A stretch of 29,348 bases of DNA from an uncultured Alphaproteobacteria bacterium (lineage in GTDB: Bacteria; Pseudomonadota; Alphaproteobacteria; UBA8366; GCA-2717185): assembly GCA_963974145.1 (NCBI GenBank), contig CAXBEC010000001.1, positions 1 through 29,348 of the forward strand, in the 5' to 3' direction. The number at the start of each line of letters is the position of its first letter. The stretch's first letter is position 1. The notes beneath the pieces were generated by a model. The model was not told where the DNA came from, ran no database searches, and saw only the letters and a program-made list of their open reading frames with translations. The translations under genes were made by a program, and so were the position numbers. This document shows positions 1-7,662 of the stretch, one piece after another.

Positions 1-1
1 C

Positions 2-643
2 AAACTGCGTGGCGATGTTTTCGTCCGCCAGCAGCGATTTGAAGACGCCGCCCAAGCCTATAGCGACGCACTGGCAAAGCAGGAAACGGGCGACCTGCTG
101 ATCCGGCGATATCTGGCGCAGAAAAAATCGGGCATCAAGGCGCCGCCGCTGGCGCCGCTGGAAGCCTGGGTTGCCAAACATCCAAACGATTATCCGGTAC
201 GATCGGCACTTGCGGCAGGTTATCTCACCGTCCGGAATATTCCGGCGGCGCAGGTATTGTATGAACAACTGAACCGGGAACAGCCGAACGACCCGATGGT
301 ATTGAACAACCTGGCAGAGATTTATCTGGAAGCGGGCGATGAACGGGCGCTTGCCCTCGCGGAGGCGGCCTACAAGCTGGCGCCGAAACAACCGGAAACG
401 CTGGACACGCTCGGCTGGGTTCATGTGCAGCAGGGCGAGGCGGCCCGCGGGCTGGAACTGTTGCGCGCGGCCTATTCGCGGGCGTCCCGCCGGCCGGGGA
501 TACGGTATCATCTGGCCGTGGCCCTCAGTCGCCTGGGGCGGGCGGATGAGGCGCGCTCGCACCTCAACGATATCCTGAAAATGAACGACCTTGGCGACCT
601 CGAACCGGAGGCCAGAAGCCTTCTTAACCAATTAGGGGGTTGA
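2..643 (+). CDS. prsT: PEP-CTERM system TPR-repeat protein PrsT-like, C-terminal part (5' end outside window)
   Basis: Frame is open from position 2 (KLRGDVFVRQQRFEDAAQAYSDAL...) through ORF 257..643. TPR-type segments PNDPMVLNNLA, PETLDTLGWVHVQQG and PGIRYHLAVAL match the PrsT C-terminus. Lies directly upstream of a PEP-CTERM gene. Confidence 0.8.
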   Translation, partial: KLRGDVFVRQQRFEDAAQAYSDALAKQETGDLLIRRYLAQKKSGIKAPPLAPLEAWVAKHPNDYPVRSALAAGYLTVRNIPAAQVLYEQLNREQPNDPMVLNNLAEIYLEAGDERALALAEAAYKLAPKQPETLDTLGWVHVQQGEAARGLELLRAAYSRASRRPGIRYHLAVALSRLGRADEARSHLNDILKMNDLGDLEPEARSLLNQLGG

Positions 644-683
644 ATCGGAATAATGAATCAATACTGGCGACCATAGGGCGGCC

Positions 684-700
684 TGTCGGGATTCTTTACA
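684..700. promoter_or_regulatory. Putative enhancer-binding-protein site (PEP-CTERM box-like), copy 1
   Basis: TGTCGGGATTCTTTACA, a TGT-N11-ACA imperfect palindrome. 12 of 17 positions (TGTCG, CTTTACA) are identical to the copy at 786-802. Upstream of a sigma-54 promoter. Confidence 0.6.
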
Positions 701-785
701 ACGTTAACAAATCATGAAGTTTTAATTAAGCACTTGAAAAAGAAGAGAAAATTATGTATAAATTGGATATGGTTCTGATAAGAGG

Positions 786-802
786 TGTCGAAAAACTTTA
801 CA
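786..802. promoter_or_regulatory. Putative enhancer-binding-protein site (PEP-CTERM box-like), copy 2
   Basis: TGTCGAAAAACTTTACA, 102 bp downstream of copy 1 and about 65 bp upstream of the -24 element. Confidence 0.6.
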
Positions 803-866
803 GAATCAATCCTGACACTGCGGGAAAATGTCGATAAGGCATTGTTAATAGTGTTGTATTTCTAAA

Positions 867-882
867 TGGCACAAAACTTGCT
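867..882 (+). promoter_or_regulatory. Sigma-54 (RpoN) -24/-12 promoter of the PEP-CTERM gene
   Basis: TGGCACAAAACTTGCT matches TGGCAC-N5-TTGCW with exactly 10 nt between GG and GC. About 70 nt upstream of the start codon. Confidence 0.85.
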
Positions 883-950
883 GATAAATTGGGGTGGGCA
901 AGGTGATTTTGGGAAAGATGATTTAATTAAGGGGCGTTACGGGATTGGAT

Positions 951-1919
951 ATGACGATGAAGAAGATTTTTTTAACGGGTATTACCGCCCTTGCCATTCT
1001 GGGGATGGCGGCGCCGGTTTCGGCGGCGAACTGGGTTCTAGATTTCGATAGTGATACAAATGGCGACGTGGCGCGGAACACGGTTTTCGGAAATATGGAC
1101 CAGTACCAGCGTTATGACGGCCCGAACGGCATTCCGGGTTCTACTGCCGGCGTGACAATCACGGCGCATGACAAGTACGATCATGATAGCGGCTGCGGGT
1201 ATTATAATTGTTATCCGAACAACAACCCCGGTGACCCGGATACGCCGGACACGGAACGTTACCGTTACGCTGTTGGATTCGACAGCACGAAACAGTCGAA
1301 CCTGGAAAGTGGCCAGACGCAGAATAATCAGGACCCTGACCTGATCGAAAATTTCTCGGTCAAGGCGAAATCCAATGTCAATTCCAATGCTTACGGTCAT
1401 GAAAACCTTTCGGCCACAACCTCTGGCATCGATTCGAACGACTATGGGAATATCCTGATCGTTCAGGAAAAGAGAGACGGCAATGACTGTCGGGGAATTA
1501 GTAGCAGCAATGTATGTTCTGTTCCTGACGATGAAGCCCGCGGCGGAATCCTGATGTTCGACTTCACGGAAGAAGTCGATCTGGTCGGCATGAATATCTT
1601 CGATATAGAAGAAGACGATGATTGCTACGACTACCTCGGACAGGTCTGGTTCCAGCATGGCGAGGACGGAAACTGGGAAAGCCTCGATATTCCGAAAATC
1701 GGCAACAATGCGGTTGCATTCATGGAGTTCGGCGAAGAAGGCCTCGGTGTAACGACGATGATGGTCATGTTCCAGGGTTCCGGTGCGATCGATAATCTTA
1801 CCGGTGATACCACAACGACGACGGGTGGCGGTGTTCCGGAACCGGGCACTCTGGCACTGTTCGGGATCGGCATGGCTGGTATGGCACTGGTTCGCCGGCG
1901 CCGCAAGCTGGCCGCCTGA
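951..1919 (+). CDS. PEP-CTERM sorting domain-containing secreted protein (exosortase substrate)
   Basis: Sec signal peptide MKKIFLTGITALAILGMAAPVSA; acidic D/N-rich body; C-terminal TTTTTGGG linker, VPEPGTLALFGIGMAGMALV and RRRRK. Start is ATG 951 or 957 (ORF track starts at TTG 945). Confidence 0.95.
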   Translation: MTMKKIFLTGITALAILGMAAPVSAANWVLDFDSDTNGDVARNTVFGNMDQYQRYDGPNGIPGSTAGVTITAHDKYDHDSGCGYYNCYPNNNPGDPDTPDTERYRYAVGFDSTKQSNLESGQTQNNQDPDLIENFSVKAKSNVNSNAYGHENLSATTSGIDSNDYGNILIVQEKRDGNDCRGISSSNVCSVPDDEARGGILMFDFTEEVDLVGMNIFDIEEDDDCYDYLGQVWFQHGEDGNWESLDIPKIGNNAVAFMEFGEEGLGVTTMMVMFQGSGAIDNLTGDTTTTTGGGVPEPGTLALFGIGMAGMALVRRRRKLAA

Positions 1920-1964
1920 TACCAGGTAAACGCAATCCATCTACCGTAACGTTTCCCAAAAATT

Positions 1965-1996
1965 AAGCCCGCATCCTCGTGATGCGGGCTTTTTTT
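1965..1996. terminator. Rho-independent terminator, probably bidirectional
   Basis: 11-bp stem AAGCCCGCATC-ctcgt-GATGCGGGCTT followed by a T run on +, and preceded by AAAAATT (U-rich tail on the minus strand). Sits between convergent genes. Confidence 0.85.
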
Positions 1997-2050
1997 ATGC
2001 TTCGACGGGTGCCGGAAAATGCCACACGAAGCGACCGGAACAAGGCCGGG

Positions 2051-3256
2051 TCAGGCCATCTCCATGGATTTTTTATCGACGCCATAGAACGAGGTCAGCC
2101 CGTCAAACAATTCCCTGAACTGGGCATAACGCAATTCCGGGCCAAACTGTTCGATATACCATTTCCACAGGTTCACGCTGTGCGTTGCAATGGACACATG
2201 CGACGCCAGGCTGAGATAGGAATTTTCCGAACTTTCCAGAAAACCCATGAATTTTTGCGGTTTATCCTCGTCCACGAACAGATTGTAACTGCGTTCGTAC
2301 TCCCCGAGCACCTGATGCGCCGATACATACCCTTCCCGCATCTTTTGCCGCAGAACGTCCCTTTTTGCGCGGATCTGTGCCACTTCCTCCGGGGAAAGCC
2401 TGATATGATCAACGGGAAAACACAGCTGGTTATGCCCCGCCCATTGGAACAGCGTTTTCAGCTTGTGTTGAACTTCCTGAAACCGGACCTGATAATAACA
2501 GACGGCTTTCCAGGCAAAGAACACTTCCGGCGCCTTTTCGGGCTGGATCTGCATGGCCTTGATGAAAGGTTCAATGCCATCGATATCTTTTGCCTGCCAG
2601 ATTTTCATCAGGAAACGTTCGACATACTGTTCCCGGGCGAGTGGGTCACCACTGCCATCCATCGCTGCCAGTGCCTTGGAGACCAGTTTCGAAATTTTCT
2701 CCCGAATAGGCAGCCGAATCTTGTCCCATTCCGCCGGTGAGATGGCAAAATAGGCGCTGTGGATTATCTCTTCCAGCCCCTGCTGTTCTGCCTTGCTCCG
2801 CAACATGAACGGATCCAGGCTGTGCATAGAATTAATCAGCTCCAGAACCTTCAGGTCCGCACCGATCCTGTCGAGAACTTCCTTACCGGCTTCGCCCTTC
2901 GTGATCTTGAACGCCAATGCGTTATGAAAATTGCTGTCGCTAAAATTTAACGATTCACCGCCGTCATAGACATTGTCAAAATCATAGGGGAAATAAACCA
3001 GTGTACTGATGATCACCGGTTGCCGCGCTGTCGCCAATGCCTTCTCGAACTGTTTGAGCAAGACCGATTTGTTCAGGATATCGGTCTCAAACAGTTTTCC
3101 GACCGGATCATCGGCCGGAATTTCCTTGCCGATTGAATAGCAGTCCAGCGCAATGGCGCGGCCTGACTCAATGACGTTGCGCAGTTGTGACCGATTCATT
3201 TTGCCGTATGCCAGATACGAAGTTGTTTCTAAATCCAGGGCCGCAAAGTGCGGCAT
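2051..3256 (-). CDS. Uncharacterised cytoplasmic protein (paralogue A)
   Basis: 401-aa ORF with natural composition, no TM or signal segment. Motifs DLKVLELINSMHSLDPFMLR, YFAISPAE and EVFFAWKAVCYY resemble a hypothetical family I recall from Caulobacterales/Rhodospirillales. Start codon uncertain. Confidence 0.8.
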   Translation of the reverse strand: MPHFAALDLETTSYLAYGKMNRSQLRNVIESGRAIALDCYSIGKEIPADDPVGKLFETDILNKSVLLKQFEKALATARQPVIISTLVYFPYDFDNVYDGGESLNFSDSNFHNALAFKITKGEAGKEVLDRIGADLKVLELINSMHSLDPFMLRSKAEQQGLEEIIHSAYFAISPAEWDKIRLPIREKISKLVSKALAAMDGSGDPLAREQYVERFLMKIWQAKDIDGIEPFIKAMQIQPEKAPEVFFAWKAVCYYQVRFQEVQHKLKTLFQWAGHNQLCFPVDHIRLSPEEVAQIRAKRDVLRQKMREGYVSAHQVLGEYERSYNLFVDEDKPQKFMGFLESSENSYLSLASHVSIATHSVNLWKWYIEQFGPELRYAQFRELFDGLTSFYGVDKKSMEMA

Positions 3257-3436
3257 TCATAGTAAACGGCCCAAAATACCATGTCGACACTGACAATTTC
3301 GGTGCCCGAATCCACCTGACTTTAGGCAGTAAGACGGTGCGGTGCAAATGCCAACAGAATGCCGATACGGATATTGCAAGGTTCGTGCGCATTTTCATGT
3401 GCGGAAATACGAATATTACTCAATACCGGTATCCGA

Positions 3437-4504
3437 TCAGCGTTGTTCCGCCAGACGGGCGGACCGTTCGATACTTCTGATCCGGTCAATTCCCGGCTTT
3501 ATATATGCCGCTATATAATCGGCCAGCGCCTGATTCGAAGGATCTGAACCGGAAAATTTATCCTCATACCCCTGAATCTTGACATACAGGCCACACAGCA
3601 TTCCCCCGATGGTACCATGGTTGCTTTCGATCATGATCTTGACCTTGCGAAACGTGTCTTCGCTCAGATTCTGCCACATGGATGCAGTGTGTTTGTCGAA
3701 GGATTCGATTCGCCCGGCGATATGCGCCATGATTTCGTTCAGCTCTTCGCTGACATTCGTCAGCAGTGCGGCGACATGCGGGTCGTTGCGGAATATCTCG
3801 TCCCGTTTCAGTTCTTCCGTTCTCACCAGCAGCGCTTCCAGGCGCGGTACCATTTGATCGAACTGGTCCTTGAAATAGGCCAGTGACAGGAAAACGTCGC
3901 CATAATCTGTGAGAAACGCAGGCAGTTTGGTCAGTATGATTTTAAGCTTCCCGGCAAGGCGGTTCAGATTTTCTCGTGCCGCCCTGTTATCACTGCTGTT
4001 AAAGCTGGCGATCAGGTCGCTGATATTCGACAGGCCTGACTGTTCGTCCTGTGAATAAATCAGGTCCATCAGCGGCCTGGTGAAGACCTTCATATATCGG
4101 TCTAGTTCCTGACGGCGACCATCAGACAGGCGCAGGTCGTCGATATTCTCGACTTCAATCCCAAGGCCGCGCAGCTGCATGCGCAGACTGTATACATCGA
4201 AGCTCTGCAAGAGGCCCAGTTTGGCGATCAGCACGCCGTCGGGATGTTTCTCACCGACGGGCCAGTCAAACATTCGTCCCAGCCGCGACGGCTCGACCTG
4301 TCCACTTCCCGTATCGCTATCGTGAAACAGCTCAATCATACTGTCGCCGCGGACATTCTTGACCATACGCGCGTGTTTGAGCCCGGGCGTTTTCAGCGGC
4401 AGAATATGCATTGGCAAAATATGCAGGGAATCCGTTTCGTAACTAAGATCCCGGTCACCTGGTATTACAGGTGTCTTACTATCGACATTCATTCGAGATT
4501 CCAT
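3437..4504 (-). CDS. Uncharacterised cytoplasmic protein (paralogue B)
   Basis: 355-aa ORF. Motifs DSLHILP..LPLKTPGL..ARMVKNVR, GSGQ and SFDVYSLR resemble a conserved Rhodospirillales hypothetical family. AT-rich promoter region lies upstream. Confidence 0.8.
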   Translation of the reverse strand: MESRMNVDSKTPVIPGDRDLSYETDSLHILPMHILPLKTPGLKHARMVKNVRGDSMIELFHDSDTGSGQVEPSRLGRMFDWPVGEKHPDGVLIAKLGLLQSFDVYSLRMQLRGLGIEVENIDDLRLSDGRRQELDRYMKVFTRPLMDLIYSQDEQSGLSNISDLIASFNSSDNRAARENLNRLAGKLKIILTKLPAFLTDYGDVFLSLAYFKDQFDQMVPRLEALLVRTEELKRDEIFRNDPHVAALLTNVSEELNEIMAHIAGRIESFDKHTASMWQNLSEDTFRKVKIMIESNHGTIGGMLCGLYVKIQGYEDKFSGSDPSNQALADYIAAYIKPGIDRIRSIERSARLAEQR

Positions 4505-4595
4505 GGTTTATCTGGCTAAATAATTTGCCCAATAGACCGAAATTTCGTTAAGTTTTTGAAAACTCCCGATTGAGCATTCTTTTATCTTCGCACCT

Positions 4596-4624
4596 ATACT
4601 ATTTAGAAATTCGCAGCAGGTCAA
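4596..4624 (-). promoter_or_regulatory. Putative sigma-70 promoter for the paralogue pair
   Basis: Minus strand TTGACC (4624-4619), 17-nt spacer, TAGTAT (4601-4596), in an AT-rich intergenic region about 90 nt upstream of ATG 4504. Confidence 0.45.
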
Positions 4625-4737
4625 ATGTTGTCAAAGTATTCCCATGCCCTGATACTGTATTGTTTATTGAATTATAAGTAGTAAAAGTCGCTTGATTACG
4701 ATTATTGTTTTATACTGCATCCGCAGGCGCCGCTGGG

Positions 4738-5625
4738 TCAGCCCGGTTTACCGCCGCCACTGCGCGTAATAATGACCAGTCCGGCGGCAACAGCGATCAT
4801 ACCCGCACCCAAAGGCCAGGTGAGGGTCTCTGACAACAGCAACGCACTGAGTGCGACGCCGGAAACGGGGCTGATAAAGCCAAAACTCAACATGACGCTG
4901 GGGCTGTAGAGTTTCAGGAAATAGGCAACAATCAAGAACCCGAACCCGGCGATGACGATGCCCTGATATGCGATGCCGGCCAGCGGCACCCAGCCTATCT
5001 GTTCCCATGCTATGGTTTCCAGCAGGGCCCCGGACAAGGCAAACACGGGAAGTGACAGGATCATCTGCCAGTAGATGACACGGACGGGATCGATCCGCCG
5101 TACCAGCGTCGCATTGAATACCTGGCGCGACCCCAGCAATGCGGCGCCAAGCAGGGTGACAAGGTTGCCCCACCCCCAGGTAGCCATGTCGGGCATTCTG
5201 CCGTCGGTGAGAACGACGGCGACACCGGCAAAAGCCACACACAGCCCCCCACTTTTCGCAAGGCTGAGTCTGTCATTGGCAATGATGAAATGTGAGGTTA
5301 CCGACGCAAAAAGGGGAAAGGTCGCCATCAGCACCGCGGCATTCATGCCAGTAGTCATGGAAATTCCAATATTCATGGCGGCAATCTGCGCGATGAAAAA
5401 CACGCTGCCCCATAAAATTCCGGCCCATTCGCCGGATTCCGGGAGAAGTCGAATTCCCCGAATTCGCGCGTAAATCAGAATGCAGGCGGCGCCAATCAGA
5501 AACCGGAAAAACGCGCTCCATAACGGTGGAAAAGCTTCAAGTCCGAGTTTGATCGCAACTGTATTGCCACCCCAAAGGGTTTGCAGGAAAACCGCGGCGA
5601 TCACGGCACTTAAAGGGATGGCCAT
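4738..5625 (-). CDS. DMT/EamA family transporter
   Basis: About 10 hydrophobic helices in two EamA repeats (LWGGNTVAIKLGL..FPP..SAFFRF; PLFASVTSHFII.NDRL; FISPVSGVALSALLLSETLT). Likely start is ATG 5625, 8 nt after the upstream stop. Confidence 0.85.
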   Translation of the reverse strand: MAIPLSAVIAAVFLQTLWGGNTVAIKLGLEAFPPLWSAFFRFLIGAACILIYARIRGIRLLPESGEWAGILWGSVFFIAQIAAMNIGISMTTGMNAAVLMATFPLFASVTSHFIIANDRLSLAKSGGLCVAFAGVAVVLTDGRMPDMATWGWGNLVTLLGAALLGSRQVFNATLVRRIDPVRVIYWQMILSLPVFALSGALLETIAWEQIGWVPLAGIAYQGIVIAGFGFLIVAYFLKLYSPSVMLSFGFISPVSGVALSALLLSETLTWPLGAGMIAVAAGLVIITRSGGGKPG

Positions 5626-5633
5626 GATCCGGC

Positions 5634-6152
5634 TTACGCCGCAGCCGTTGCCAGCAGCGCGAGAAGACCTTCGAGCAATTGTTTTGGCGATGGCGGGCAA
5701 CCGGGAATATGCAGGTCCACCGGGATGACCTCACTGACTCCGCCAATAACGGCGTGGCTGCCGGCAAAACAACCGCCATCGCGGGCGCAGTCACCCGTTG
5801 CCACGACCCATTTCGGCGAGGGCGTGGCGTTATAGGTCCGTTGCAGCGCCTCCCTCATATTGACCGTGACCGGTCCGGTGACCAGCAATACATCCGCATG
5901 GCGCGGTGACGCCACGAAGTGGATACCAAAACGTTCGACATCGTAGAACGCGTTATTCAATGCGTGAATTTCCAATTCGCAGCCATTGCAGGACCCCGCA
6001 TCAACCGCCCGGATAGACAGGCTGCGTCCCAACCGTCTCTGGCCCGCCCGGTTGACAGCTTCTGCCAGTTCGGCGAGGGCATCCTGCCCCGGCGGTGGGG
6101 CTGCTTCGGTCAGGGGCGCCTGATAGAGGCTTTCAAAGAGGTGCCTACGCAT
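5634..6152 (-). CDS. hyfI: Hydrogenase-4/Ehr small subunit (HyfI/NuoB-like, one [4Fe-4S] cluster)
   Basis: DAGSCNGCELE, SPRHADVLLVTGPVT, VATGDCA and IPGCPP supply the four conserved Cys ligands. Confidence 0.9.
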   Translation of the reverse strand: MRRHLFESLYQAPLTEAAPPPGQDALAELAEAVNRAGQRRLGRSLSIRAVDAGSCNGCELEIHALNNAFYDVERFGIHFVASPRHADVLLVTGPVTVNMREALQRTYNATPSPKWVVATGDCARDGGCFAGSHAVIGGVSEVIPVDLHIPGCPPSPKQLLEGLLALLATAAA

Positions 6153-6164
6153 CGGAACGGGATC

Positions 6165-7646
6165 TCACAGGTCATGTCCGGAATACGAACAGTTAAAGGA
6201 TTTATTGCACAGCGGGAAATCGGCAACAATGTTGCCCTCGATCACCGCTTCAAGCAGCGGCCACTGGAACCATGAGGCATCGCGCAGATGGCAGCGGTCA
6301 ATCACTCCGTCGTCGCGTAGACGCAGCCAGACCAGCACATCGCCCCGGAAGGCTTCGACGATGCCAAGCCCCTCTCCGCCGCCTGTTGGCAATGCTGCAG
6401 CGAGAGGCGAATCCGGCAATTCGTCCAGGATCTGGCCGATCAGCAGCAGGCTTTGTTCGACCTCCCGGATACGGATCCACACGCGCGCATCCACGTCGCC
6501 CTTTTCCAGAACCGGAACCGTGAAGGACAGCCTGTCATAGGGCGGATAGGCGACGTCCCGCCGACTGTCGAAATCGCGACCAGATGCCCGGCCGATATAA
6601 CCGCCGGGCGCGAATTGCCGCGCCAGCTTCGGCGTCAGTATGCCTGTGTTGACTGTCCGGTCCTGCAGGGATGCCGTATTGTCGTACAACTCGATCAGCG
6701 CCGGGAACCGCCGCTGGATTTCGGCCAGCATTGCCTGAAGCGCTGCATTCCCCTCGCGAGTCAGGTCGGTCGTAACCCCACCAGGTATGATCCGGTCGCG
6801 CATCAGACGGTGGCCGAAACAGGTATCCGCGGCGCGCAACACACGTTCCCGCAGAACTCCGCAATGGGCATGCATCAGGGCAAAGGACGCATCGTTGCAG
6901 ATAGCGCCGATGTCGCCCAGATGATTGGCCAGACGTTCCAGTTCTGCCATAAGGGCACGCAACCAGATCGCGCGTGGCGGTGCATCAAAACCCAGGGCGG
7001 CTTCCGCGGCGCGAGCGAATGCCCAGCCATAGGCCACCGTGCTATCGCCGGAGGTCCGTCCCGCGAGTTGCGCACCACGGTCCAGTGCGGCTCCGCTCAT
7101 CAGGCTCTCGATACCTTTATGGACATAGCCGAGCCGCTCTTCCAGCCGCACAACGGTCTCCCCGCTTGCGGTAAACCGGAAATGGCCCGGCTCTATAATG
7201 CCCGCATGGACCGGCCCGACCGGAATTTCGTGCAAACTGTCTCCTTCAACGGGCAGAAAGGTATAGGGCCGGGGCGCCGATTCGGCATTGGCCCAACATC
7301 CGTGGTCGAGCCAGGGCCTGATATCGGGAGCGCGTTCCACTCGTAATGCGTACAGATCGAATATCGTACGTTCCAGACGGATTGCCGGGGGGTGAAACTG
7401 TCCAATGGAAGGAAAATGCCCGTCCGGGCATTCAAGCGTAAAAACGGCCAGGGTTTGCTGTTCAGTATCCTTGAGCGCCATGTGAACCGCGGCCGATTCG
7501 CCCCATAATGCCATCAGCGTGCAGGTGCACTCGGAAAGCAATTCGGCTAATTGCCGCCATACAATCGCATCTATGATCGTACGCGTGCATGGATTGTGTG
7601 CCGGTACAGCCGTTCCCTTGTGGATGATGTCGTTGAGTGCTGACAT
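6165..7646 (-). CDS. Hydrogenase-4-like large subunit (NuoC+NuoD fusion, HyfG/HycE-like) lacking NiFe ligands = EhrL
   Basis: GPVHAGIIEPGHFRF, LGYVHKGIE, ELERLANHLGD and EAFRGD motifs are present. L1 reads RTSGDS instead of RxCGxC; the C-terminus reads FNCSYSGHDL instead of DPCxxC. Start taken at ATG 7646 because the ORF-track extension overlaps hyfF. Confidence 0.9.
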   Translation of the reverse strand: MSALNDIIHKGTAVPAHNPCTRTIIDAIVWRQLAELLSECTCTLMALWGESAAVHMALKDTEQQTLAVFTLECPDGHFPSIGQFHPPAIRLERTIFDLYALRVERAPDIRPWLDHGCWANAESAPRPYTFLPVEGDSLHEIPVGPVHAGIIEPGHFRFTASGETVVRLEERLGYVHKGIESLMSGAALDRGAQLAGRTSGDSTVAYGWAFARAAEAALGFDAPPRAIWLRALMAELERLANHLGDIGAICNDASFALMHAHCGVLRERVLRAADTCFGHRLMRDRIIPGGVTTDLTREGNAALQAMLAEIQRRFPALIELYDNTASLQDRTVNTGILTPKLARQFAPGGYIGRASGRDFDSRRDVAYPPYDRLSFTVPVLEKGDVDARVWIRIREVEQSLLLIGQILDELPDSPLAAALPTGGGEGLGIVEAFRGDVLVWLRLRDDGVIDRCHLRDASWFQWPLLEAVIEGNIVADFPLCNKSFNCSYSGHDL

Positions 7647-7662
7647 GAGTATTTGCTTCTCC

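Noticed and set aside
804-860. IHF site between the enhancer boxes and the sigma-54 promoter
   Set aside because: AATCAA at 804-809 lacks the downstream TTR of WATCAA-N4-TTR; the region is only generally AT-rich.
1038-2740. Long antisense ORFs 1038..1940 (-) and 1979..2740 (+)
   Set aside because: Shadows of the PEP-CTERM gene and paralogue A; no RBS or motif support.
3375-3390. Sigma-54-like element upstream of paralogue A (minus strand GCGCACGAACCTTGCA)
   Set aside because: The -12 TTGCA and spacing fit, but the invariant -24 GG is replaced by CG.
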